Under the pieces are notes generated by a model. The model searched no databases, was not told the origin of the DNA, and was given only the letters and a program-made list of their open reading frames with translations. DNA of 46,727 bases from Conidiobolus incongruus B7586 (Eukaryota), in contig JNEM01012239.1 in the NCBI GenBank assembly GCA_000697335.1, forward strand, positions 1-46,727. Direction: 5' to 3'. This document shows, one piece after another, positions 1 through 12,695 of the stretch; the first letter of the stretch is position 1, and each line of letters starts with the position of its first letter. The position numbers were made by a program, and so were the translations under genes.

Positions 1-152
1 ACTAAAAGCTGCTTGTAAATTTTAAATAATTTTAAAGGGTTTATGGTTAAGTTTTACTAATACCAAAATAAAAAACTTTTGATGATCACTATTTAGTTTA
101 AGCATGATTAAATTAAACAACCAATTTTAAAAAGTTAATTTTTTAATCAAAA
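1..152. repeat. Left copy of a ~152-bp dispersed repeat, inverted relative to 46501-46652
   Basis: Manual ungapped alignment to the reverse complement of 46501-46652 gives 126/152 identities. Homology stops just before an (AT)n tract. Confidence 0.9.
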
Positions 153-158
153 AAACTA

Positions 159-182
159 ATATATATATATATATATATATAT
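159..182. repeat. (AT)12 microsatellite
   Basis: Seen directly; lies just inside the inner end of the terminal repeat. Confidence 0.9.
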
Positions 183-3100
183 TAAAAATATATAATTTCC
201 TATTAACTTTGTATATATTTATTCATTTCAAACTAATAATATGTTTGAAAAATTAGAAATTAAAAAATTTCCCATTATTTCAAATTCAAGGTAATATTAT
301 AATCAAAATTTTTTATTTAAATATTATACAATTATTATTTTTTATAGTACAATTTAAGTTAGTTAATAATGATATTATGTATAATGTATTTTCACTTGAT
401 ACCTCAGTAAAATAATATTTCAGTTATTAGAGTATATTAACTAAATTAACTAAAAATAGAATATGCGACAAAAATAATAATATAGATAATAAATTTTTAA
501 AAGCAATGCACATATATCCATAGATAAAAACACTAGTAATAATTGTATCTTAAATATTATTATATACATAATAAGCATTAATTTTTTGATATAATTAATT
601 ATATTCAATTTACAGATATAGCTATCATTTTTTGAATAATATTTAATTCAAATATAATTAACTAAGTTTTTTCATATTACTTTTTCTAAAGAAAATTAAG
701 GTAAATTCATTTCGAATTAAATAAAATCAAAATGCCATATTCTTATATTATTAATTAAAATTAATTATTAAAAAAATAATCTATTTATAGTATTAATTTG
801 TTAATTATTAATTTATATTAACTATAATCAATAGAAAAATCTTAAGTTAATATGAAAGTACTCTATATAATCAACACCAACAACAATGCCATTAATCACA
901 GTTATATTCAAATTTACTTTAATTATCAATATAAAATATGATATCATACTCCAAATTTATGAATAATCTTGCAAAAAATTTTGAAAAATGAATATTACTA
1001 AATTAAGTAATTTGTTCAATATTAACAAATTGGTAATAAAAATACTAATAATCTTGATAGAAGTATTATAAATGGTAATTAAGCGATAGTATTAACTAAA
1101 TATAATACAAAATTTGAAGAAGATTATAAAAAAAATATTCTGAAAAATTATTAATTTATATAATTAATGATATATTCAGTTTAATAAATTTCTATTATTA
1201 AGAATTAAACCTACAGTGGTTACTATATTAAACTAATTGTTATCAATTATCTATTCATTTTAGATAATATCTAAGTATTGAAATAAGTAATGTATAAGTA
1301 TTTTGGTCCTTATAATAGGATATAATATATTATAAGATCTAATATTAGATATATTACTAATTTAAAATACTTGTTATTGAATTTTGTTAGAAATTCATTT
1401 TCAATTTTCTTAAAGATTTGAAGAAGTATTTCAATTTAATATATTGTCTTTGAATATTAATATTTAATAGCTATAGGTCAATGATATAATATATATTATA
1501 TATTATATCAATAGTGTTATAAATTTCAAGTTTTAATATTTAATTGTTTTATTTAGAAAGATACTAAAGTCTAAATTTTAACGAATTGAATCTGAAAATC
1601 AAATTTTATTAATAGTGTTTTCAATTCAATATTTTTATCTAGCATTTTGATATTTTTTTCAATATATCAATAAAAAAATATTAATCAGATTATATAATTA
1701 AGTAATCAACGTGTCATTATTTCTGAGTTTATTTGAATTGCCATACTGAATATTATTGAAAAGTGAATTATTAAATAATTTTCACAACCCAATACTGTGA
1801 ATTGGATATTATTAAGTTAATGGAAAATGTGAAAATTATATATTAGTGGATTTAATATTTTCTTTGCTTAGTAATTTGTTTAATATGTTCTCTAAACAAA
1901 AACATGTTGATTAATGATTAGTAATTTTTTATAGTCCAAAAATAACACCATATCTAAAAATACCTATTGATTATTAGATAGAACCATTTAGTCTTTTAAT
2001 GTTTTTTTAATCATGTTTCAAGTATGCTTTTATTTTATAAATAAGTATATTTTCAACTTACAAACAAATATTAATTATAAAGAGCAAAAATAACAAAAAA
2101 TAAATTCTAAATGTCTTGATATTTTTTAATATACTTTGAATTCAGTATACTAATGATTTAGATTTATTTACAATAAATTTCAACAATATAATAATTTTAT
2201 TTATTATTAGTAAAAATTATACATACTATATTATATTATCAAATTTGAACTTATCAACAATTAATAAATATATTAGTGTTTAAGGTCACGAATTATGTAA
2301 CTGTATAATAGGTTAAAAATATCTAAAATATATCATTAATTATAATTAAATTCTTGATAAAATAATAATTTTGGAAATTATGATCTAATCAATTATTCAT
2401 TTATTTTTTTGGATATTATTTTGAGTTAGGTACTTTGATTAAATTTCAAATATACAGAATAAAATAAATAAGATAGTAGATTTTAAGAATATTACTATAT
2501 ATCTTATAGAGCTTGCTATATTGAACAAATTAGTCAATTTCAAGATATTAAATGATAATAAGAAATAACTCAAATAAAGCAACTTGAGTAACTGAATACT
2601 AATAATTCAAACATTCGCATTATGATTAGTAATTGTAAATATTATAATATAAATATATATTTTGAATGTATTATATATTTTTATATTTTAATATCACTTA
2701 TTTAAAATCTTTTAATAATATTTATTTTTATATTGAATATTTCAAGGTGAAAATTTTTGATCAATTGAAAATTAATAATAAATTTGCAATAAAAATATAA
2801 GAGTACTTTTTCAATAACTCATTTTACATAAATTTCATAATTCTAAATTGTAATTAAGGTTTTAAAATAATTGAGAATGGTGAAGTTGACATTGATATAT
2901 ATATTTGGTAATAGAATTAGTTTTTTGCTAAATCGGTTTTTGACACTTGATAGACTTGAAATTTGTTGGAGAACATGCTCTTGCATTTTAAGAACATGTA
3001 ATAATTCTATTTCGAATATTGTATTGGCTTTATACTATCTCTTTATAGTAATTGTGCTATATCTAATATTTTTAGTTGATGATATACATTGTCTAAATAC

Positions 3101-4369
3101 AAACAAATGATTGTTAATCTTGTTCAACATAATATCATCTAATTCAGCAAAATCGGCTATATTTTATATGTAGTAACTTAGTTATTCATAATTAAACATT
3201 AATATAGTTTATAAACAAATAATTTGAATTTTGCTAATTAAATAATTCCTATTGGATATAACTTCATTATTTAAGGTTAATTGTTTAAATTTTTTAATAT
3301 TCCTCTCGGTATTATTATCATTTCAAATAGCTATGTTTTAGGTTTATTTATGAGGATCGACATTGCAGGATCATAATAATATTTCATAATATAATGTTTT
3401 TATTTTATTTTAGGATGATGAATAAAATTCAGTTAGCTGGAATCTTTGTGGAATAAATTATAACCAATGTTGGGTAAAAATTGAAAATTGGCGTTTCATG
3501 TCGTCTTAATTTGAATAAATTGAAAATTATCATATGGATCTTGTGAAGTGGTAGAGCGAATAATACTGTTAAATATCTGGATATCTTGCGAAATATTTAG
3601 TTTTAAGATGGGCAATAGCGCACGAATAGCGGACAGTTACACGCATCTAAACCAAATTCTTAGCAGGTAGAAAATGATGATTTCAGTATTGGGTAAAAGT
3701 TGTTTTTGTAATTAGTTTGTGTGTAACAGAACATAAGGTATACATCCACCAACCATTTATTTTAATGCACATGTTGAATTTTATTGATTTGATTGGAGAA
3801 TGCATTTATTAAAGATTAGAATTGGATGTCGAATTAAGCCTATCTAAGCCAAGATGGTGTTATATTCTGATACGCTTTTAGAATCCAAGCAAAGAATGTA
3901 ATTAAAGAGCCATTGTTATGATGCTCTGACCATTAAGTGAATAATGAAATAATACTTTAATTACAATTGTAATATATGAATTATAAATATTTAGTTGAAT
4001 TTATAAATATCACATTCAAATTAAAATGATATCTTTCGTGATTTAGCTTCCATTGTGATTAGCTTAATTAGTTCTAGTGCAATATTTATCCAATCAATTA
4101 AGCACCAGGTTGAATGATTGATGATTTCAGTATAATTGATTAATAACATTAATTCCATAATTTTTGAAAGAAAAGGGTCCAAATTTCCTAATCAATTAAC
4201 CTCATTTCGTAAGCAAGTATGATCATTGGCAATTGGTTTAAAATCTAACTTCGCTGCCATTCCAATCCATAGTTTGAAATATCTAGTGTGTATGAAAGAC
4301 TGGATTTTATTTGCTCCTAATAGTTATCACATAGGACTCGCCATTTCATATTACTGAAAATATTGAAAA

Positions 4370-4470
4370 AGCCAATCAGCGGTGGATTTGAGAGTGATGA
4401 TCAGAGTCATCAGATTCTTTTATGAGCCAATCATGGACATAATTGTTTACATTATGCACATGATTGGCTA
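4370..4470 (+). promoter_or_regulatory. CCAAT-box cluster upstream of the inositol polyphosphate kinase
   Basis: AGCCAATCA at ~4370 and ~4425 and TGATTGGCT at ~4461, with a TGATGA-N6-TCATCA inverted repeat between the first two; ~290-380 bp upstream of the ATG at 4753. Confidence 0.5.
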
Positions 4471-4752
4471 ATGATTACAATTTTTTCACCACTACTGAAA
4501 ATAATCCAATTCTAGTTTTATTGGTGTGAAATTTGAATTTGGGACCAACAAATGGGGTATAAAAATGGGAGGCAAGTTGGCAGGGGCTGTTTTCTTTTCT
4601 TTTAATTGTATTTAATTCTGAGACAGCTTTTTTTTTCAATATTATATTGAACGCTCTCCAGCCTTTCTTTTGTGAGTATTGGTGCTTTTTAATCCCTTTC
4701 CTTCTCTTCTTTTTAAATAATATTTCCTCTCTCTTAGACATATAATGCCAAC

Positions 4753-6525
4753 ATGGTCTCACACTCAGCAACTAAGACTGAATTTTTTCCCGCCTCCACT
4801 GCAACAGAGCAGCGTGGATTAGCTCCCCCTAACTCTCGTAATTCTACTTTCTCAAATTCTAATAACAAAACTAATATCTATTCTAAGAGCGATGATTTTA
4901 TTGCTCCAGCATCATATTACAACTTGACAGCAGATGCATCTGATGCTGGATCATCCGACAGTGATCGGGAGTTATCCGCTGATGAAAGCGAATCGCATGA
5001 TATGTCACCACCTTCAGTTCCATTATATCCGTTTCAAAATCAAGTAGGTGGTCACACCTCTCTTCTTCGCTTTTCTGATAAAGCTATATGCAAACCTTTA
5101 ATTCAGTCTGAAAAGGATTTTTATGAATTTATTGAAAATAATCATCACGAACTACTTCCGTTTATTTCAGTGTATCTAGGTGTTTTAAATGTTACTTTCG
5201 ATGTCTCCAACAACCAAGTGGTGCCACAGGTTTTATTTGATAAAAACCAGCACTTGCTTCCCTCTCATTTAATTAAAAAATTCTGTGGTTCACCTAAAAA
5301 TAAGAAATGTATTTTTATTCCTTCTCCCAATAGTTCTCCCCCAGGTGTAACGAAAATTAATAAAAAACTTCAAGAACAAATATTTCAAGAAGCATGTTCA
5401 CCTAGCTCTTTAAGAGCTCGTTATAAAGCTTTAAATAATATTAGTCAGTTTAGTCCGCCACTTACCAGCTCGCGAAGAAGGCATTCTCTAAGTGAGAATA
5501 AACATAGTTCTTCGCCAGTTCTTACAGTCCAATCAGGTGAATCTCGCCTAGCTTCCTCATTCTCTGGTAGTTACCCGAGCCTTCCCGGATATAACAACGA
5601 CTCTCACATGGATTTCGATGTAGACGCGATTCAGCTTCCTTCCCAGCGAGTAGCTGTGGAGTTGGTGCCTGTTCTTTCTTTAAATGACGATCATTCGCTT
5701 GAAATATTTGAAATGGAAGACCTTCCACCACCCGCTCCCACCTCATCCCTTTACGCAAACGAATCAAATGCTGTATCCAACCCTTGGTCCATAGAGTGTT
5801 ACAATTCAATAATGAGTAAAATGGCCGATTTATCCTGTGATCAACCTCATAAATTTTTGATGCTTGGAGATCTAACATACAATATAGAGCGTCCTTGTGT
5901 ATTAGATCTTAAAATGGGAACAAGGCAATATGGGATCTACGCCACTAAAGAGAAACGCGATAGTCAACTACGAAAATGTGAAAAATCCACTAGCAAAAGT
6001 TTGGGTGTCCGAGTTTGTGGCATGCAGATTTACAAGCTGGATCAAGAGAAATTCATCTTTCAAGATAAATACTATGGTCGTAAGTTGAATCCCACGTCGT
6101 TTAAGAAGACCATTGTTGATTACCTTGACAACGGCTATCAGCTCAACATTCAGTTCATTCCCCCTCTTGTACAAAAACTTAGGAAGTTATTTGATACTAT
6201 TCGAACTATGAATGGATACCGTTTCTACTCTAGCAGTCTACTTTTGATCTATGATGGAGCCTCCAGAGTACCTATCGATATTGATCTTAAGATGATTGAC
6301 TTTACCAACTGCGTTCACCCAGCGATGTATCAGAACTTGGACAAAGACGCACCTAAACCAACATTCCCACCCTCCACCTCGGGTCCAGATCATGGCTATC
6401 TTCGAGGCATTGTAACATTATTAGAAGTTTTTACTCAGATTTGGAACACACATGCATCCGAGGAAGAGAAACAACTTTACAAGGATCAGATGGTTCTAGA
6501 AGATCACTTTCCTGATGCCTATTAA
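4753..6525 (+). CDS. KCS1: Inositol hexakisphosphate kinase (IP6K/Kcs1-type IPK family), intronless
   Basis: 590-aa ORF with the IP6K N-terminal motif PFQNQVGGH...ICKPL...E..FYE, the PxxxDxKxG motif (PCVLDLKMG), SSSLLLIYD and MIDF. Confidence 0.9.
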   Translation: MVSHSATKTEFFPASTATEQRGLAPPNSRNSTFSNSNNKTNIYSKSDDFIAPASYYNLTADASDAGSSDSDRELSADESESHDMSPPSVPLYPFQNQVGGHTSLLRFSDKAICKPLIQSEKDFYEFIENNHHELLPFISVYLGVLNVTFDVSNNQVVPQVLFDKNQHLLPSHLIKKFCGSPKNKKCIFIPSPNSSPPGVTKINKKLQEQIFQEACSPSSLRARYKALNNISQFSPPLTSSRRRHSLSENKHSSSPVLTVQSGESRLASSFSGSYPSLPGYNNDSHMDFDVDAIQLPSQRVAVELVPVLSLNDDHSLEIFEMEDLPPPAPTSSLYANESNAVSNPWSIECYNSIMSKMADLSCDQPHKFLMLGDLTYNIERPCVLDLKMGTRQYGIYATKEKRDSQLRKCEKSTSKSLGVRVCGMQIYKLDQEKFIFQDKYYGRKLNPTSFKKTIVDYLDNGYQLNIQFIPPLVQKLRKLFDTIRTMNGYRFYSSSLLLIYDGASRVPIDIDLKMIDFTNCVHPAMYQNLDKDAPKPTFPPSTSGPDHGYLRGIVTLLEVFTQIWNTHASEEEKQLYKDQMVLEDHFPDAY

Positions 6526-7454
6526 CCGAAGTGCAACAGTTTCAGTTACTTTCCGTTAATTATTGTATTTATGATATCCCCTTCCTTTCCATTGTTTAAT
6601 ATTTCGTCACATCATATTAACTATAGTATTATATGAACTTAAATAATCTCTATTGTTTGGGAGATAGATTTTAATTTTAGCTTTAAAAAATAAATTAATA
6701 TTTATTTCATTATTTTTTGTTACTAAATCATGTGATGTAATATTTTGATTTTTCTTTGACGTAATACGAGATTTTTTATTTATAACAAATTTTATCCTTA
6801 ATCAATTAAATTAAATTATTTAATCATTACAATGGTCTCACAATCTAAGATCGTTAAAACAGAATGTTAGCATATATATTACGTTTTGTTTGATTAATTG
6901 TATTGTAGTATTCAATGCTGATAATTAAACAATTATTTGCAAAGAATAGAATGACAGATTATATATTTATGGATTGTATGAATTTCTTATATATATATAG
7001 TTAATAAATCTGAAATGAACTAATTTAAATAAATCCATAATTACAATCGGATGATACCTTAATATACCTATATTAGTAAATCTTTGAATATCCTTTAATC
7101 TAGCTATGATCCATTAATAGAATTTTATCTTAATAATAAAATACATTAAATCTATTATTTAACTAGAATATATATTTTTATTCAATTTAAATATATTTCA
7201 ATTTATTGTCACAATAATATAAAAGTAAATAACAAATATTTGACAATTAAAAAAATTGCAAATATAATAGAGCTAATGAGAGGAATATTAAATGTTGTCA
7301 ATTTCATTATTGAGTGTTAAGCTTGAAAAATATCAACAAGGCATGCTAATAACGTATAAGTTGTTGGAATTAAAAATAAAAATAAACAATATGAAGTTAT
7401 TGTAGAGCTGGTCATGTTTACAATGGCATGTATAACCAATGAAAGTTAGTAAAA

Positions 7455-8697
7455 TCAGATGTGAAAGCTATTGGTGGCGCTGTAAAGATCCTGTGGTTGG
7501 GTGGAACTGGGCTGGTCTTTAGTTAGAGTTTGAGCTTTGAACTGGTTGTGCTTTTCCGTTATGCTTTGGACGAAATCCGAAACGAATCCACTGCTATTAC
7601 GATCCAGTAGCCAGTTTTTAGCATTCTCAAGGTTGGATTTCTTCTTATTTAGCTTAATATTGGAGAATACTTGAGTTTTAATTTGGTCATAATCCGATTC
7701 AAGGTGTACCAAGCTGTTATGAACTTCAGGGTCGATAAGACCACCAAATGTGGAAGTGGCTAAATTCTTCTCAACTTCTTCAAGTTGTCTGTCAACAGCA
7801 TCCCTAAAATATAATGAATAACAATCAAAAGAAAGGAGCAAAATAAATAACATACGGATCAAATGTCATCGGATCGGGTTCTATTCTTTGTAAAGTTCTC
7901 TGAGACACTGAAGCTGAATTCTTATGGAGTTTATGATCGACATATGCAGTAAATATGAAAGAATTAGTTTCTTTTAATTTGCCGAAAATATAAACTGCAT
8001 CCCAGTTTTGTTTTTCACCACACTCTTGATAAATTGCATTTAATCTCTTCCATTGTTCTATACAAATAATCAAAAATATGTTAAATATAAAATTAAATAA
8101 TAATTTACCTGTATCAACTCGAATAGGAACTAATGGAAACTCTTTAGGCTGTGTTTGGTGAAGCATATAAAGAGAGAATAAAACAACTACGTCAACTTGG
8201 TAGCGAGTGGCTTTGCGAGGGTATGAAAAAGTTTGAAAAGCATCCGCTGCGAGATGAGCCAATAGAGATTGATAAAGACTGTACATGAAGAGTTCTCTAT
8301 CTTCCTTTTGCATAGAAGCAAAGTGAATTAAATGAAATTGTAAATCGACCCAAGCTTGGATAAATGAGGGAAATTCAGTACAGGTGGGGAGTTTTAGAGC
8401 TTCTTCCAAAAGCATCGACATATCCGATTGTACAGCTTCTCTTGAAATACCGTACTGCCCTAAACAAACCATACGTGAATTGTTGGGAGTGACTTGGACT
8501 TGAGGTGTCTGAGTTGGAGGAAGCAACTGATGGGGATCATTTGGGTCAATAATAGCTTTTCTTCCTCGACCCCTGCCCCTGTTAGCAACAAAGTCGAGGG
8601 ATTCGACGGGGTCTAAATGTTCGATATCATCGGGTGAGCGAGCTCTTCCTCTTCCTCTTGTTCTAGGACGTGTTTGCGATTTTCTTGGACGACCCAT
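7455..8697 (-). CDS. SNAPC1: snRNA-activating protein complex subunit 1 (SNAP43) homologue, 3 exons: 8697-8109, 8057-7856, 7803-7455
   Basis: The spliced product contains F..F...W..LQF..I...LFSLYMLHQTQP...IRV...QW...DAVYIFGKLKETNSFIFTA, which resembles the SNAPC1 N-terminal domain (LYLLYGLYNTQ...IRV...DAAYIFRKL...AFHFTA, recalled). GT-AG introns at 8108-8058 and 7855-7804 join the two listed ORFs in frame. Confidence 0.8.
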
Positions 8698-8854
8698 AAC
8701 AATATAATTTTTCAACTTGTGGGTAACTCTAATAAATACTTTGAAGATAATAACAGAGAATTAGAAATATCCCACAACTATAATTTAACTGAATGATATA
8801 AAATTAATCCAAATGCTCAATTTCAATTTTGACATTGAATTAGATTCTCAAATT

Positions 8855-8930
8855 TGATTGGCTATCATAAAATTAGACTTATGGCTCTAATTTCATTTGA
8901 GTCAATCACGTGTTATTGGATGACACGTAA
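8855..8930. promoter_or_regulatory. Motif cluster upstream of SNAPC1: CCAAT boxes, AP-1/Gcn4-type site and E-box
   Basis: ATTGG at 8857-8861 and 8915-8919, TGAGTCA at 8898-8904 and CACGTG at 8907-8912, all 160-230 bp upstream of the ATG in an otherwise AT-rich background. Confidence 0.45.
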
Positions 8931-11617
8931 TAATATCATACAATTTTAAAAATATGTGTCACTCCAATCTATTATTCAGTAAATTATTCTACTATATCAC
9001 TTAAATGGTTAAATATATTATTAAATACATGATATCATCCTATTATATATTTCTAGTATTTTAAGCTTTAAACTTTAATAATGAAGTATATGTGATATAT
9101 TATATATCCCATTTATTCCCATACATATTTATGCAACATAATTTGTTAGAGTATTCCACTAAAGATGTATCATTGTCAGAATTTCCACTAGTTCTGAGCA
9201 TATCAATCAATATTTAATTGAGGCATAAATAAACTATGATATAAACACTATAGCTTTTGAACCTTATTAGAACAAATTTATAAAGAAATTATTTTTCCTT
9301 GTAAAATAAAACTTTGATGTTATAAATTTAAGCTTTTTAAATTCATTTTTAAAAAAACTAACACCAAATATATAATTCTCAGTGAGAGCAATAAATAGCA
9401 TAATTCAACAAAAGATCTTATATATAACTTTAAAATTGCAATAACTTTATAAGACAAAATGGTAAATTTTAATTGTTAAAAAGTAAAATAAATTGAAATA
9501 CAATATAGACAAACAGCATATAGTAAAAAACCAAAAAAATTAACTTTTTCCAGCTCTTAAACAAAGAATTAATAAAATGACTGGGACAATAAGATAGACT
9601 AATAATTAATGTCTCATTGGATTGAAAGGAATGGTATATTTTAAACTAAAAAAAGCTAAGAAATCAAATGTTTAAATGAAATTATTTTCAAGATAAGTAC
9701 TAAATGGTATTGAAAATGTCTTAGAATATTTAAATCAAAAAAATATATAATCTCTTATAAGCATAGAAAACTAATCTTGTTATACAAAAAAGTCTTAAAC
9801 TTAGATACAAAAGTAAAAAAGTAAATATAAATTAAATATTATTTATGTTAAATATTCAGAACAAGTTATTTTTTATATTTTAATAATAATATTTTTAAGT
9901 GATTAAGCCATTGCTAAAAAAGCTTAATTATCTTTTCTATAATAAATAAAAAAACAATAAATGTTATTTTTGTATTCTAATACCATTAGAAAATAAAAGC
10001 GCTAACTAGTTCATAAGCAAATTATAATTACATGGAAAATTTTATTTTAATATAAAAATTTTTACAACATATTATTTTTTAGTTTATTTATTTATTTAAC
10101 AAACTTTTAAAATAATTTATTATTATTATATTTGAAACAAGCTATAGAGCAAATGATCTCAGAAAAAAATTTTAAAAAATACTATAAGATAAGGAAATCA
10201 ACTAAAAAATTCAGAAAATTAGAAACTTCATAAATTTATTAAACAGATATATATTATATTGATTATTAAATAGTATCACGTTGCTTTGGTTCTTGAAATT
10301 AAAACTCCAAAAATAGTGAAGAAAGCCATTAAATGTGTTAACAGTAAAAATACAAAAGCAATGTTAAAATAATCTTATTACAAATTTAAACAAAGAATAC
10401 CTAACGAAATCAAAGTATACCCTTGTAATAAGGTAATTATTTGTAATAAATATCACAAGGGCAAAACATATGGTAATTAAGGATATTTACATATATGACT
10501 TGGGTCAAGCAAGGCCTTCAAAGGTATAAAATAACATATAAAGATAGATTGAAACATCAATACTGTTAGAAACATACTCCTTTACTATCTAACAGTCAAT
10601 TAAGCAGCCTTTCAAAACTGATATAAAGGTTTACCCCCTTGATATCTTTGGGTTACATATAGCACTCAGATAAGGGTGATCAAATTTGATCAACTTTGGA
10701 CAAGTTTAACTATAAGCAATTAAATTGGTTATAAACTAAAAATATAATCATTAGAATGATAATATAGTCTTGAATTATAATTAATTTCAAAAATATTATT
10801 AATTAAATTCTATTTTAATAACAACATATAACAAGAACTAAAATCCAATCCAAAAAGCAACAAATATGCAAAATATTACAAAAATTATCAGTATTTTTTA
10901 AATTTTCAAAGTTACTTAAAAACTTAAATATATTGCACTATAATCATAAAATTTGACGTATATCACATTATGTAATATTTCAACCAATAATCTACAAAAA
11001 TGAACCAATGTAAAAAATAATTACAAAATTCCACTATAAAGATTTAATTTCAACAAAATTATATTTAGTTAAAAATAATTAATATTTGGTTGATCATAAT
11101 ATATAGGAATTAGATATAAATTGGTACCATTAATGGATATATATATATATTTAAAGTCTTATTAAAGATTAGAGATATTACAATAAAATTAAAAGATATC
11201 GTAGTATAAGATTAAAAAATTGCATTAGTCAAAACGTAATTATAAATAAAGTCAAATTATCAAAGTTACAAAATTGATCAATTAATAAATATGTAAAATA
11301 TATAAAATATAATGCTAATATTATCACAGAATGGTATTTTGAGTATAATAATATATTGTTATAAGTTTCATATAAAATGATAGAATATATATTTGATATA
11401 AATATAGTAAGCTAAATAAAATAATGAGGTAGAATCCATTCAATCAACAGAGTATTTTTTCTATTTTACAAATAATTTTAGTATATTGATCTCAAAGAAA
11501 TATTCTACAAAGATTGTAGGAGAGGGGAGTAGTTAAGTAAGTGACGATTTTGATATAACATTAAGTAGTAGTGGGCTGAGTAGAAGTAGGGGGATTAAAA
11601 ATGAGAGGTAAAAGAGC

Positions 11618-12337
11618 TCATAGCTCCGAATTGACAGCTTCTGGTTGATCAGATTTACCTCTACCTCTGCCTCTTCCTCTTCCTCTACCTCTACCTCTAC
11701 CTCGACCGCGTCCACGTCCACGTCCACGACCTCTTCCATTTGTGCTGGATTCCTCAAACTCTGGTACTGTAGTATCTCCTGTGCCAGTTGACTCGGGTGC
11801 TGGAAAAGGGTTATGAGCGGGAGCAGGAGCAGGAGCAGGAGCAGCAGGCATAGGCTGAACCTGAGACATAGGCAATTTAGCAGGCTGCGTCGAGACACCC
11901 TCCTGATCAGGAATATGGGCGACTACATCCTTCAAAAAGTCGAATTGCTCGATAATCTGGACAGTTTGCTTCAAGTGAGTCGGGGATACACGTTTCGAAT
12001 TTTGTCGCATAGCTTGCATCATTGTAGCTTCACAAAGAGATTTAATAAATAGTTCTAAAGCTTTGGCTAATGAAAAATGATTAATAAAATCTATGAAATG
12101 AAAAAATTGAATAAAAACTTACAAATTAGTACGGGAGTAGCTTGAGACATTTTACCAACATCTTCATCAGCTTGCATAATTTTCTTGATTCTGGCCTAAA
12201 TATATTATCATCTTTCATTAATAAAATGTTCAATTCATAATATTGATAACTGTATGAAAACAGAAGTCATAAACAATCAAATTTAATATAGAATTTTTAC
12301 TTACAACAGGAAATTTAGTTTGATATTTCTTTTTCAT
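11618..12337 (-). CDS. BUR6: Negative cofactor 2 alpha subunit (DRAP1/Bur6 histone-fold protein), 3 exons: 12337-12305, 12195-12123, 12066-11618
   Basis: The spliced N-terminus [46 protein letters not shown]...HLKQTV...FDFLKDVV is the DRAP1 histone-fold signature; both introns are GTAAG...AG. Confidence 0.93.
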
Positions 12338-12695
12338 TTTATATTATCGACAGTAGTTAATAATAAAATATTTTTAAATAATTTAAACAAAAGATAATAT
12401 TATCAATTTGAATTAACGTTTAATATATATTTAAATGAATATAATTTCTCAAAGTCCAAATTATTTCGTCAGCCTCAATAAGTATTGAACTAATTTTTTA
12501 ATCGTAAAAATTTAGGTATTTGGGTGAATGGAGATTATTTAAATATTTGGTATAAAATCTCCCATAAATATTTTTGAATTTTCTAAAAAAAATCTTAAAT
12601 ATGAATTTGACTATAAAAAATGATATATATTAAAATTAAATCTAAAATATAGTATATTAATAAATTTGAAAATAATAAAATGTGTAAAAGATTAA

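Noticed and set aside
2871..3110. Short AT-rich ORFs (also 4475-4771, 37657-37863, 38046-38279, 42249-42440, 45204-45437)
   Set aside because: I/L/F/K/Y/N-biased translations typical of random AT-rich DNA, with no motifs.
3670..3930. ATGATGA/CTGA pairs suggesting further C/D snoRNAs (also ~4404 and ~37834)
   Set aside because: No recognisable rRNA guide, correct box spacing or terminal stem.
10482..10530. DIYIYDLGQAR resembling a kinase DFG motif
   Set aside because: Flanked by stops with no other kinase subdomains; compatible with chance.
11533..12052. Alternative-frame ORFs with poly-L, VE or SR repeats
   Set aside because: Frame-shifted or antisense readings of the AP and GR repeats of NC2-alpha.
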